64,000 bases of DNA from Nitrosopumilaceae archaeon (GCA_965200155.1 CBDATR010000010.1:448001-512000), one strand, 5' to 3'; counted from the stretch's first letter, positions 32,637-43,504 are shown. Translations and numbers: made by a program. Notes: generated by a model from the sequence alone, not told the origin.

Positions 32637-33395
32637 ATGGCACTACTTACCGTAAAGAACATCCGTAAGCATTTTGACGGGAACGTGGTTTTAGATGGCA
32701 TCGACATGGAGCTGGAAGCTGGCAATGTGTACCAGCTCATTGGACCAAACGGCTGTGGAAAGAGTACGCTGGTCAATGTTATAGGAGGAGTCCTAAAGCC
32801 CGATACGGGTAGCGTTGTATTTGACGGCCACGATATAACAGGAAAAGAGCCTCACGAGGTATACGAGCATGGGTTGGTGAGGTCATTCCAGATACCACAA
32901 CCCTTTGTGAATCTGTCAGTCAACGAGAACGTTATGACATCCAGTACCAAGAATCGGGGAGATACATACAGGAATGCCCCCCTGCGCAGAAAGTGGGTTC
33001 CTGATGAAAAAAAGTTACAAAAACAAGCCGATGAACTTCTGGACATGCTCAATATAGACAAGGTGCGGGACAATTTGAGTAACAATTTGAGTGGGGGGCA
33101 GATGAAATTATTGGAGTTGGGCAGAATAATGATGTCTGGGGCCAAGATGATATTTATGGACGAGCCCATAGCGGGCGTGAACCCAACCTTGGCTCACGAG
33201 ATATTTAAAAAGATAAACCACATACGTAAAGAGCTGGGCATCACTTTTCTCATAATCGAGCACCGTCTTGACATATCATTTCAGTATGTAGACATAGTGT
33301 TGGCCACAGACCAGGGCCGTATATTGGCCGTGGATACACCAGACAACATTGTAAAGAACATAGATGTGATAGAGTCGTACATGGGAGTGAAATGA
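32637..33395 (+). CDS. livG: Branched-chain amino acid ABC transporter ATPase LivG
   Basis: GPNGCGKST, VRSFQIP, LSGGQMKLLE and DEPIAGVNP motifs. Confidence 0.9.
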   Translation: MALLTVKNIRKHFDGNVVLDGIDMELEAGNVYQLIGPNGCGKSTLVNVIGGVLKPDTGSVVFDGHDITGKEPHEVYEHGLVRSFQIPQPFVNLSVNENVMTSSTKNRGDTYRNAPLRRKWVPDEKKLQKQADELLDMLNIDKVRDNLSNNLSGGQMKLLELGRIMMSGAKMIFMDEPIAGVNPTLAHEIFKKINHIRKELGITFLIIEHRLDISFQYVDIVLATDQGRILAVDTPDNIVKNIDVIESYMGVK

Positions 33396-34117
33396 GCGAC
33401 AAGCAAGTAGTACTGAGAACTGAAAAGTTGGATGCAGGGTTTGCCAAGAGTCACATCCTGTTTGGATTAGACTTTGAGGCAAGACATAACGAGATTACTG
33501 TTATTGTGGGACCAAATGGTTGCGGAAAGAGTACACTGCTCAAGAGCGTATTTGGACTCACTACAATATACTCAGGAAAGATAATCTACAATGATAAGGA
33601 CATTACCGGCTTGGCACCGCACCAGATTACCCGTAAAAAAATAGCATACCTTCCTCAGGTCAACAATGTCTTTGCCAATCTAACCATAAACGAGAATCTC
33701 ATAATGGCCAGCTACACACTCACAAAGAAGGAGTACAAGGAGAGACTCCCGCGTATATACGAAACATTCCCCATATTGAACGAGTACCGGAACAAAAAAT
33801 CCACCGTACTCAGCGGAGGCCAGAGACAGATGCTAGGTATGGGAATGGCCATGATGAGAAAACCGGAACTGATGCTTTTTGACGAACCGACCGCGGGACT
33901 GTCACCCAAGCTTGCGGATCAGGTACTAGAAAAGATAGTTCAGATGAGGGATGAGTTGGGCATCACCATAATGCTTGTAGAGCAAGATGTACAACGGGCC
34001 CTGAAGGTTGGAGACAAGGTATACCTCTTTGCAGGAGGCAAGAACATTTTTGATGGCAAACCCGATGAACTACGAAGTCATCCTGAACTGGGTCGCATGT
34101 ACTTGGGCGCCCACTAG
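33392..34117 (+). CDS. livF: Branched-chain amino acid ABC transporter ATPase LivF
   Basis: LSGGQRQML, DEPTAGLSP and LVEQ motifs. Confidence 0.9.
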   Translation: MSDKQVVLRTEKLDAGFAKSHILFGLDFEARHNEITVIVGPNGCGKSTLLKSVFGLTTIYSGKIIYNDKDITGLAPHQITRKKIAYLPQVNNVFANLTINENLIMASYTLTKKEYKERLPRIYETFPILNEYRNKKSTVLSGGQRQMLGMGMAMMRKPELMLFDEPTAGLSPKLADQVLEKIVQMRDELGITIMLVEQDVQRALKVGDKVYLFAGGKNIFDGKPDELRSHPELGRMYLGAH

Positions 34118-34237
34118 TGAATGTTTGTCTGATTACATGAATTACTCCAAGATATGCATATCAATCGGGGCTATGCCGGGCAGATAGCATAATGTGTCAG
34201 CCCATAACGTGGCAGAATTATGCGAGCAGTATTATCG

Positions 34238-35962
34238 CTACCAGTAATTGGCGCGTATCTTTTCTATTACCATCTCGTGTTCCCGACTCTTGCGACGGGC
34301 ATATCTTTCCATGGCACCCAAGGGAACACCACCCAAGGAACGGGCAATCATATTAAAGAAGTACCTCTGCGGCCCCCGGGCACCGGTCTTGGTCATGAAC
34401 TTTTGAATGCCATACTTGAAGTTGTGCTGCCATGTCTTGTACATCACACCCAACTGGGCCGGGTCCATCTCGTTGCCTATATTGAAGAACTCTGACTTTT
34501 CCAGCAGACCAATAGGCACAAAGGTAAGAGGCGTAGCCGTAAACATGGACTCCGGCTGTTCCTGCTCCAACTCGTTTATGAGACGTATGGTCTCCCAAGA
34601 GTCTTCAGGAGTTTCGTCGTTGTCCAGTCCCATTATAAGGGTAAATGCAGGTATCCAGTAGTCTTCATTGAGGGTCTTTACCCCTTCCTTTACAACCCAG
34701 TGCCACTCCTCGGGTGAGTAGGGTGCAAGCTTGCGATCTGCGTATTTGTCTATAAGTCGGAGACTGCCTGTCTCAAAGCCGCACTGTATACCAATGACGT
34801 TGTCAGGGCCAGATTTCATTATGCGGGACAGGTTAGGAATTAGTTTCTCATCGGCAATGGCACCGGCCAAGGTTCCATGAGTTGGATTGGTGTGCTCTAT
34901 ACCGGCAGACATTATTGCAGTGAAGAGCTCTTCCAAGGCTTCCCGGTTGGGCTCCATACCCTTGCTTGTTCTTGGATCCATACCGTAAACGAATATGTCA
35001 TCGCTGTGTACCCACGCGGATCTTGTTCCACCCTTCTTTATGTTTATCTCAATCTCTTTCTTTACCTTCTCCGGAGGATAGTATCGTAGCGAACGTAGTG
35101 TAACGTCACAGAATTTGCAACCCCGCCCGCAACCACGCATAACCTCGATCATGCCATGCATGCTAGGCTCCACTATGTTTGGTATCTCTTCCAAGTCCGG
35201 GCGATCCCAAAAGTTCACAAACCGTCCATACATCTTCTTTCCAGACCGCTCGAACTCCTTTATGTTCACCTTAAAGTCAGCCCTCTTACGGAATGGATCC
35301 ATATTCTCAAACTGACCATCCATAAGGTAACGGAAGAATTTACCAGCGTGTCCGTCTATCTCCGGCGCAATACCGCCTAGCTCACCCTCCAGAATTGCAT
35401 ATATGCCAAATTCCTCTATCTTCTCGGGAGCATAATTGTACTGCCAGGTTCCCGATGCGCCCGATATAACCTTGGCTTGACTTCCGGTCCTCTTCTTGGC
35501 CTTATTGATGCGACGGTGCAGCTCCGTATTGTAGTACTCATCATAGGATGTCTGTTTGCGCCCATAAGTGAAGGTCATAGTTACCGGACCCATGCCCAAG
35601 GGATCCATCTCATATGTTCCAATTACCTGCGTCTCTGGTCCGATAAATTTCTCGATGTGGTTTGGATGGGCTATAACCACCTCGTCCCTACTGAATCCGT
35701 CCCGCAATAATCCTGCCTCCACTTTGCGAAGGCCATAGGGTGCATAATTCGCTACTCCATTAGTATGAGGTATGTAGTTACAGATAAAGTCGAATAGTAC
35801 CTTGGGGGTGACCTGGTTTTTCAGTATCTTGTACCAGAAGCTCTTCTTGTCACGATGGGGATCAATGGCCGGGGCGCATCCAAAGAATGTAGCAAGAGAC
35901 AGGTGACGATACGGTGACATGAGGGTGCGATCCGCGGTCAGTACTATCTTTGGCTTGGCCAT
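34238..35962 (-). CDS. B12-binding radical SAM protein, GDGT ring synthase (Grs)-like
   Basis: KIVLTADRTLMS, APYGLRKVEA, DPLGMGP and RGCGRGCKFC motifs. Confidence 0.75.
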   Translation of the reverse strand: MAKPKIVLTADRTLMSPYRHLSLATFFGCAPAIDPHRDKKSFWYKILKNQVTPKVLFDFICNYIPHTNGVANYAPYGLRKVEAGLLRDGFSRDEVVIAHPNHIEKFIGPETQVIGTYEMDPLGMGPVTMTFTYGRKQTSYDEYYNTELHRRINKAKKRTGSQAKVISGASGTWQYNYAPEKIEEFGIYAILEGELGGIAPEIDGHAGKFFRYLMDGQFENMDPFRKRADFKVNIKEFERSGKKMYGRFVNFWDRPDLEEIPNIVEPSMHGMIEVMRGCGRGCKFCDVTLRSLRYYPPEKVKKEIEINIKKGGTRSAWVHSDDIFVYGMDPRTSKGMEPNREALEELFTAIMSAGIEHTNPTHGTLAGAIADEKLIPNLSRIMKSGPDNVIGIQCGFETGSLRLIDKYADRKLAPYSPEEWHWVVKEGVKTLNEDYWIPAFTLIMGLDNDETPEDSWETIRLINELEQEQPESMFTATPLTFVPIGLLEKSEFFNIGNEMDPAQLGVMYKTWQHNFKYGIQKFMTKTGARGPQRYFFNMIARSLGGVPLGAMERYARRKSREHEMVIEKIRANYW

Positions 35963-36019
35963 TACTAGGTGATGAAATTTTTAAAATATACTTTAAATCT
36001 TTTGGCTTGTCCAGGGGAT

Positions 36020-36977
36020 TCAATAGTACGAAAAGTAAGTCCGCTTAGGATCCGGCGTACAGTCGTTCAGATTACACAAGCCAGATGGTAAAGAGAATAA
36101 CAGAGAAATCAATAGTAAGACAGCGCAAGAGGCGTTGCCACAACTAAAATATCTCAAGACCTGAAACAAGGCACGTACGAAGATTGTGAACCAGAGAACG
36201 GGAACGACTCGAGTAAAGATGGGCATGCCTATGATACCAATCACCGCCACCCAGATACGAATGGTAACTGAAGCAATACAGCAAGGATCCCGCCGGAGTA
36301 GTACGTATTGCAAAGAGGCTTAGATAGAATTACAATATATCGCGTAGTATATCGCATAATGAAAAAGAACGGTACAGCAGGATCATCACCTGCAAAGTCA
36401 GAGTGGGTACGCTATGAGCGTAAATATTCCAATGCAATGTGGCATTGGCATGTCATGAAAGATGAGAGCTTCAAGGGACTGAATCTCATAGATGATGCAT
36501 CCAGGTGTATAGTCGGAGCGGCACTATTTGAGCATGCAACCTCAGAGAACGCCGCTCTATTACTGAGACTGGCAATGAAACAATTCGGCGCCCCTGCATC
36601 TCGGATAACGGCGCGTGTTTCGTAGGACAATAAAAGGGCAAGAAAAGCTGGACACCCACTATTCTAGGAAGAACTGCTGGATCAATACATCATACTAATC
36701 AGTTCCAGACCATGCCACCCGCAGACAAATGGCAAACTGGAGCGCTTCCATGGAATGATTGAGGATAAGATATGGCATTATGACAGTCTCCGGGATTATG
36801 TGGACTACTACAATGAGAGAAGGTTGCACTTCTCACTGGATATAGATAACGGCGAAACGCTGCTCATGGCCTTTAGGAATAAACCTTCATAAGGCGACCC
36901 AGACAATCAGGGCAAATGATGTAAAATGGATGGAGCGAGATACCAATGACTAGCGGACCGACTTTTCATACATTACA
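36020..36977 (+). mobile_element. IS481-family element, decayed
   Basis: Homologous to 25116-26086; ends CATTACA; no TSD. Confidence 0.85.
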
Positions 36978-38459
36978 TCCGGACTAGAACCAGGCACAAC
37001 CTATATGGTAAATGTATACGCTGATAACACCAAAGCAATGAGCGTCGGCTCGTTCAACTTTGAAACCAGGGACACGAACCATTCCATTATGATAGAGGAC
37101 CTGGATACCACTGCTATATCGCACCATGCCGCATCCTTCTCGTGGATGGCGAATCATCCGGGTTTCTTTGGGTATAGGGTGACGACTGACTCCAATGATG
37201 TTATAACACAGGGCCATACAGGTTATTATCAGGCCAATACAACCATTAATCTAGACGTTGACAGCCTGCAACCGGGCACCAACTACAACTTAAAGGTCAG
37301 CGCCCTATATAATGGAACTAGTGGTTATATGGAGGTAGGCTCCGCGACAAAATCATTCTCCACTACTAATCCTCCACTGGCAGACCTTGCCGTACACAAG
37401 ACATTCTCTACTCATGTAGATTTAACGTGGACCGCAATATCCAGGCAGTCTGAGTATATTGTGAAGGTAACGGATTCATCCGGTCATGTAACGAGTCATA
37501 CAACACACCACGCCCCGGCCGATTCCATTGTTAAATATAGATTATATGGACTTGAACCATGTCAATCTTATACTGTAATGGTATCGGCCCCATCTCACCC
37601 GGTTACCGGTCCGGCTACGGATTCAGACCCAATCACATTCTCCACTTGGAATACTAAACCAATACGTAGTACAGACAAAGTGTCACGTGTTGGCTACTGC
37701 TATTTAGATGAGAGTAGTATCACAATACATTGGGACCGGTATGAGAATGGTAATAGCTATGTGGTGTTTCTAACAGGGAACGATGGCGATACGACCAGAC
37801 ATGTGGCAAATGGAATCTCACATACTATACATGATTTGATACCAGGTACCACGTATAGAGTTGAGGTCCAGCTAAATGGTAATGAAAATACAAAGTCACA
37901 CAAGATACATTTCACTCCCTCATTCCCGACACATATGTGGGGACTTGTAGTGACTAGTAAAACTGATGGTGCTACTGCTTCCTGGCAGAAATATGGTGAT
38001 ACAAACGACTATGTGATTCGCGTGAATGATTCCAATGGCGCAAGAGTACTCGTGAATCATGTTGCCGGAACCACTCATACTATAACAGGCTTGGATTCAG
38101 ATACCTCATACCAGGTACTAGTCCGGCTCAAGGGCGACACTACTATGTTCTCAAATACCAAGACATTCACTACACTCTCAGCGAATGGCGGCTTGACGGG
38201 AGTCGAAGACTCCATAGTACTGAATGTGAACCCAACCACTAATGGCGCCAATCTATCTTGGAATCAGTACCATTCCATGACAGATTATGTAGTGCGTATC
38301 AATAACAATGATGGCAGTCGTCACTCTGCACATCATGTCTCAGGTACCACGTATACTATAACAGGCTTGGATTCAGATACCTCATACCAGGTACTAGTCC
38401 GGCTCAAGGGCGACACTACTATGTTCTCAAATATCAAGACATTCACGACACTCCAGTAA
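36978..38459 (+). CDS. Fibronectin type III repeat protein, 5'-truncated by IS481
   Basis: About 5-6 FN3 repeats (GLEPGTTY, SLQPGTNY, GLDSDTSY); frame begins mid-domain at the IS end. Confidence 0.85.
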   Translation, partial: SGLEPGTTYMVNVYADNTKAMSVGSFNFETRDTNHSIMIEDLDTTAISHHAASFSWMANHPGFFGYRVTTDSNDVITQGHTGYYQANTTINLDVDSLQPGTNYNLKVSALYNGTSGYMEVGSATKSFSTTNPPLADLAVHKTFSTHVDLTWTAISRQSEYIVKVTDSSGHVTSHTTHHAPADSIVKYRLYGLEPCQSYTVMVSAPSHPVTGPATDSDPITFSTWNTKPIRSTDKVSRVGYCYLDESSITIHWDRYENGNSYVVFLTGNDGDTTRHVANGISHTIHDLIPGTTYRVEVQLNGNENTKSHKIHFTPSFPTHMWGLVVTSKTDGATASWQKYGDTNDYVIRVNDSNGARVLVNHVAGTTHTITGLDSDTSYQVLVRLKGDTTMFSNTKTFTTLSANGGLTGVEDSIVLNVNPTTNGANLSWNQYHSMTDYVVRINNNDGSRHSAHHVSGTTYTITGLDSDTSYQVLVRLKGDTTMFSNIKTFTTLQ

Positions 38460-38714
38460 CTTGCAATTACAAAGAATGGGTGAGCAAAGTGGTGTGCCTA
38501 GCTACACGTCTGATAGAGGAGTCAGCGAGTTTGTGCGCAATTGAATTCTGAAAACAACCAATTATGTATTGATTAAACTGCGGTTATACCGTGCGGCGAC
38601 ACCCTACGCCCCATTTAACGGACGCATCACTCCCTCTGGTACCTGTTGATGGAATGGTATACAGCATGGTAAGTCCTGACCGCGTGTTGTGTGTAATGAT
38701 CGTAACCGCTTTGT

Positions 38715-38773
38715 CAAGAGGACTCTTATCTAAGAGTCCAACAAGAGGACTCTTATCTGAGTCCAACAAGAGG
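38715..38773. repeat. Short tandem hairpin repeat
   Basis: CAAGAGGACTCTTATCT(AA)GAGTCCAA, about 2.3 copies. Confidence 0.7.
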
Positions 38774-39078
38774 CATGAGAGGATGCGATAATCGCACTGA
38801 TGTAGGCGTGAGGGGGACTGATCATCTCATAAGAGACTACACCGGAAATGGTGCTTTCCGGGTTACCCACGCGCAAGACTGCCACCACTCATGATGAACG
38901 TCAATACAGAATCATGGAACTACAGGTGGTGAGAAGGGGATGACTGGTGAATAATACATGATTCGCGGTGTACCTGTTCGTCATGCTGGATTCTGGTTGG
39001 ATAAGATGGTTGCCACACTTGAGCAGGAAATTATATACGAAAGTAGCACTGCAGTAGGGCTTTCACTAGAATAATGAT

Positions 39079-39202
39079 TTCCAGTCCAGGAATGGCGGCA
39101 TAGTTACAATAAGTCGTGTAACAAGTTCAACCAGGGAACCGGTTCTATTCCATGGAATGGTGAATCATTCTAGTTACGCGTAGCGCCATTCTTGGACTGG
39201 AA
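39079..39202. repeat. Inverted-repeat-bounded structured element
   Basis: TTCCAGTCCAGGAATGGCG / CGCCATTCTTGGACTGGAA (18/19 match). Confidence 0.7.
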
Positions 39203-39737
39203 CGGGTTACATTCCATTTTCGTCCCTAGTTGGAGCGATACGCTTCTCCTGTGCTACTTTCGTATATAATTCCCTGTCCAGCGGGAGTGTTTCATACGAA
39301 ATTATGTCGCTTAGTCATACGTATCCCTCTCCGTCCATTTTGGGTCGTTCTATCTTGATGCGCGCCTGTTATGAAATGCCCTGAGCGGGGTCTCCAGATT
39401 ATGCACGTCAAGAGCAAAGTGAAGCTGTACATCATTGTAGTATTCTACATAACCTGACAGGCTTTCATAATGGAATATCTCATCCTCGATGCTCCGGTGA
39501 AATCGCTCCATCTTGCCATTGGTCTGGGGATGGCTGGGACGGCTATTGATGAGCTCAATACCCCGATTGAGCAGCTCATTTTCAAATATGGTGAGCTTTC
39601 ATTTCTTCTTTGGAGCCTTGCTACGCACTCCAACGAGGCATGATCCATTATCTGACAGTATATCTGCCGGGGTTCCGAACTGCTCTATCGCCTTGCGTAA
39701 TACCGTAATGGCGTTCTAGGAGGCTGCCTCCCGGAAC

Positions 39738-39829
39738 GTATGAGTTCACCTGTGTCTAAATTTACGCATAACTGATCGCGACAGTTAATGTGATTTGTGC
39801 ATAAGATTCCGGAAGACGTGAATTCATAC
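39738..39829 (-). mobile_element. MITE-1
   Basis: TSD CCCGGAAC. Confidence 0.95.
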
Positions 39830-40098
39830 CCCGGAACAGTTGAGCGGTAACTATGCGGCGCGAGGAGTCATCTATGAGATTCAGGCCCTCAAACCGCGGT
39901 TCTTTCATGACATGCCGGTCAACATGTCATAGGGCATTGGAATACTTTCTTTCATATCGCACCCACTTGCGTTTTTTGGGTTTTGCGGGGGATGCGGTCA
40001 CCAGATTGTTGTCCTTCATGATACAATATATGCGCCAGCAGCTGATCTTTCCCCAAATCTTGGCAGCTGTACACAATACACCAACCGGCTCCTTTTTG

Positions 40099-40190
40099 GT
40101 ATGAGTTCACGTCTTCCGGAATCTTATGCACAAATCACATTAACTGTCGCGATCAGTTATGCGTAAATTTAGACACAGGTGAACTCATAC
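40099..40190 (+). mobile_element. MITE-1
   Basis: TSD CCTTTTTG. Confidence 0.95.
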
Positions 40191-40437
40191 CCTTTTTGTG
40201 TACAGAACCTGTCGTATTTCTTCAAGTGTGAATCCATACTGGGACGGCCGGCGCGTCCAGGAACTGGATACTTGCCGGTCCTGCGGAATTCGATCTGAAT
40301 ATGCCTTTGCGAGACGCTTACTTCGTATATGACTGAGGTGCTCTTTCCCTTACTGATGACGTATCGGAGAACTTTTTCATCTCAGGTGCTTGACCATGTT
40401 TTTCTTTGATTTGCAGAATCTCTGTTAGTCGTTTTTG

Positions 40438-40529
40438 GTATGAGTTCACCTGTGTCTAAATTTACGCATAACTACTCGCTATAGTTAATGTGATTTGTGC
40501 ATAAGATTCCGGAAGACGTGAACTCATAC
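40438..40529 (-). mobile_element. MITE-1 with compensatory stem change
   Basis: Centre AACTA-CTCGCTA-TAGTT; no TSD. Confidence 0.9.
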
Positions 40530-40594
40530 CATTCATTAGTGCCTTAATCTTAGTGCAACCTAATTTTGGTACACTTGAGTCCATATCATTCACA

Positions 40595-41773
40595 AGTTTG
40601 TTGCATAACTGACTTTGACAGAATACAGGTTCCCCATGTCGTAATCTACGTTACTGCCGCGTCCGCCCACTCGTTGCACTCGTATGTTATCCCATTTCCG
40701 CGCCATTAATCCGTGCCCGAATAATCGTTTGAACGGGAACCGGCTCTAATGATTATCTCGATTATCCATCGCCTGTTGTACCCTTTTGCCGCCTTCTAGT
40801 ACTGCTTGTTTTCGACCTTTTCCTCATCAGAAAGGCGGAAAATGGGCGATTCCGGGCTTCCTCCAAGACTGCAAGTCCCCACGAGTCGCCTTTCCTTTGG
40901 TGGAATTTAGCTGGATCGGGATGGTTGTCCGGATTCGATTATCACTGCACAATTTCATGTTATCCCTGGACGCGTATGCGCCATCCGCAAGCAACTCGAG
41001 GTTGCATGCGCGCTTGTCATCATTATTCGGTAAGGGGGACACACCGTTAGTCAGCGCGTTTCCGGGTGGTGGCTTATCTGTTGGTCCTGCCAGAGATGGC
41101 AACTGTTGCAATGGGTCCGGAACTTTCCAATTCCAGGGTGTGCTTCCTGTCCAGTTGTGACTCTTCTGCATACGAGCCCAGTACTGCATTGTTTAACATG
41201 CGCGTATCCCCAACCCACTCGCCGGTAACCGTAAATGCATATGCTCTCCCAGTCCGCGAGCACATGAATCCGCGCCTCTTTTTCCATTTGGCCCTTATCC
41301 ACTCACCACGATTCAAGGCCGGTCGAGTTAACAATCATTGGCCCTCGTCAGCTTTTTGTCTGTGCCGACAATCATGCCATCCCCTTGTCCATGCCAATCT
41401 CTTCCGCGTCTGTATATTATGGAGTAGTGCGGGGTTTGGTGCCCTTCTAGTAGTCCTGCAAGGAATCCGGATACCTGCCTGTATCTCATACCTAATGCCG
41501 TTCTCAGTGTCATGTAACATGCCCACAGCATACTGGTAGGGAGCACCCTCTTTGTTATGGTTGGCCTTTTCAATTCCACGCATGATCAAAGCCAAATAGC
41601 CTTCCGCTGGACGTACTTGGCATTGTCGGCGAATACCATCAAGTTTGTTTAAAAAATCTCAGATGTAATACTTGGATCCAAGTTAGTAATTACTATGACA
41701 GAATAAACGAAAATACTCAAACCGTTTTCACATACATTTTTAATCTAACTTGTTTGGGGTTATGCAAGAAACT
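40595..41773 (-). mobile_element. IS5-family IS903-group element, transposase pseudogenised
   Basis: TIR AGTTT(G/C)TTGCATAAC; NRGEWIRAKW, LADGAY and GYNRRWIIEII..FKRLFG fragments. Confidence 0.85.
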
Positions 41774-41845
41774 AGCTACAAACAAAAGATCTAGAAGAAA
41801 ATACTCAGACTCTGGTTAAACGCGAATAACATCGCGAACAACTCC

Positions 41846-42283
41846 ATGAATAGAATAGTCCACGCGGTTACCAAAGGTGCGGACAAGGTAGTATTAGAGA
41901 ATTTATCACCAAAAGCGATGACCAGTTATGGCAGGAACCACAAAAGAACAATGAACCGTTCCATGCGCGAGAATCGCGTCGGCGAGTTCCGCCGGAAAGT
42001 AGTACAAAAGTGCGAGGCACTGGGGATTGAATTGGTGGCTGTGCCAGCAAAATACACGAGCCAGACCTGTCACGTATGTGGACACGTTGACAACAAATCA
42101 CAATCAACTAGGGACACTTTCAAGTGTGTCCTATGTAACCGGGAGTTTCACGCCGATATCAACGCGGCGTATAGTAACCGGCTCCCCTGCACAGGGCGGC
42201 TGAGCGAGTCGTCCATGGGGTGGTTTACTCGCCCAACAGCAAGGTGCCATGAAAAAAGACTTATGGCTGGCGCTATAATTCAA
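41846..42283 (+). pseudogene. tnpB: TnpB (IS200/IS605) C-terminal half with probable omegaRNA/right end
   Basis: VVLENL, YTSQTCHVCG, FKCVLC and HADINAA motifs; TTCAA at 42279-42283. Confidence 0.8.
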
Positions 42284-42472
42284 TTCTTGTGTGATGCTCT
42301 AAATGATTTATTACAAACCCGCATCCGCGGTACGTCAATAATGGTTGCTCACCAGTAGTATGAGTTCCGGTATTTCTCGATTGCGTGATAAGATCGCACT
42401 AATCCCTGTCATCGGTTATGTGTAAACGTGAGTATGAATAAACACACAATCGTCTAATTTTTAACCCTCACA

Positions 42473-43402
42473 ATGGAATGGCGCCCAGTGAAATCGATAA
42501 ATTTTTCTCTTCTGGCCGGCGAGGAAATAGCTTCTACACTGGGAAAGCGGGGAACACAGACGGATATTACATTATATGACAAAAAAGAGTCAGGCATCAT
42601 ACGTACATACGTGGTGCCCAATGGGTTTCCGGAAAAGATACAATCATTACTTCAGGCAATAAACTTGGCTGAATATGCAATAATCCACTTGGATACACTG
42701 GACCGGTTTGCTGGCGAACAAATACTGGCTTTGGATGCATTACGACGTACTGACGGCATACTGAGTCATAACATCAATGTGGATCACGATTCGGTTCTCC
42801 GTGCAGTAAAGGATACCGTGGTGGAAAAGTACCGGTTTGTAGAACCTTCCGATATACGGGTAGATACGCTAAACTTTGATCCAATGGTGAAACACGGGGA
42901 TGCCCGGGTAGTCGTGGATCACTGCTTTGATGTCAAGGGTGTGGGGACCGTTGCCTTGGGCAGGGTGATATCTGGCAGTATCTCAAAATATGACACACTT
43001 GTCCTTCAACCTCGTGGAGTACAGGCTACAATCAAATCTATACAGATGCATGATGATCCAGTAGGGGATGCGATATCGCCCGCTCGGGTGGGATTGGCAT
43101 TAAAGGGCGTACGGCCTGATCAGGTAAGGCGAGGTGATGTACTGTGCGGCGGTACGATGCCCATAGTATCTGATACAATATCCCTGAATTTCACGAAAGT
43201 GCAGTACTACAAAGGCGAGCCCACAGTCAACCAGATGTGTATTGCAAGCGTGGGTTTGCAGGTTGTATCGGGCAAGATATCATCCACAGAACCGCTAAGC
43301 ATATCCTTGGATAGGCCAGCAGTATATGAAATAGGAGAGCGATGCGTACTGCTCAAGCCTGAATCGTCTATACGAATAATGGGTAGTGGTGCCCTATTGT
43401 AA
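42473..43402 (+). CDS. SelB/EF-Tu domain II-like translation factor lacking a canonical G domain (aSelBL-like)
   Basis: VDHCFDVKGVGTVALG, IKSIQMHD and RVGLALKG motifs. Confidence 0.8.
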   Translation: MEWRPVKSINFSLLAGEEIASTLGKRGTQTDITLYDKKESGIIRTYVVPNGFPEKIQSLLQAINLAEYAIIHLDTLDRFAGEQILALDALRRTDGILSHNINVDHDSVLRAVKDTVVEKYRFVEPSDIRVDTLNFDPMVKHGDARVVVDHCFDVKGVGTVALGRVISGSISKYDTLVLQPRGVQATIKSIQMHDDPVGDAISPARVGLALKGVRPDQVRRGDVLCGGTMPIVSDTISLNFTKVQYYKGEPTVNQMCIASVGLQVVSGKISSTEPLSISLDRPAVYEIGERCVLLKPESSIRIMGSGALL

Positions 43403-43504
43403 TGGCCTGCATATGTGGTACAAAATTACATGAGGGACAGCAGTGGCTGTGATTTCAACCATCACTCAGGTAACAGTAATAAACCATCTTGATTAAACGG
43501 AAAC

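Larger units (their letters stand above)
39288..40437 (-). mobile_element. IS481-family element (second subfamily), decayed
   Basis: RKWVRYERKYSNAL, DDSSR and SHPQTNGKMERF fragments; two MITEs inside, a third at the edge. Confidence 0.8.

Noticed and set aside
38077-38446. FN3 duplication as a DGR template/variable repeat
   Set aside because: The single difference is C/T, not adenine-specific on this strand; both copies are coding, and no reverse transcriptase is nearby.
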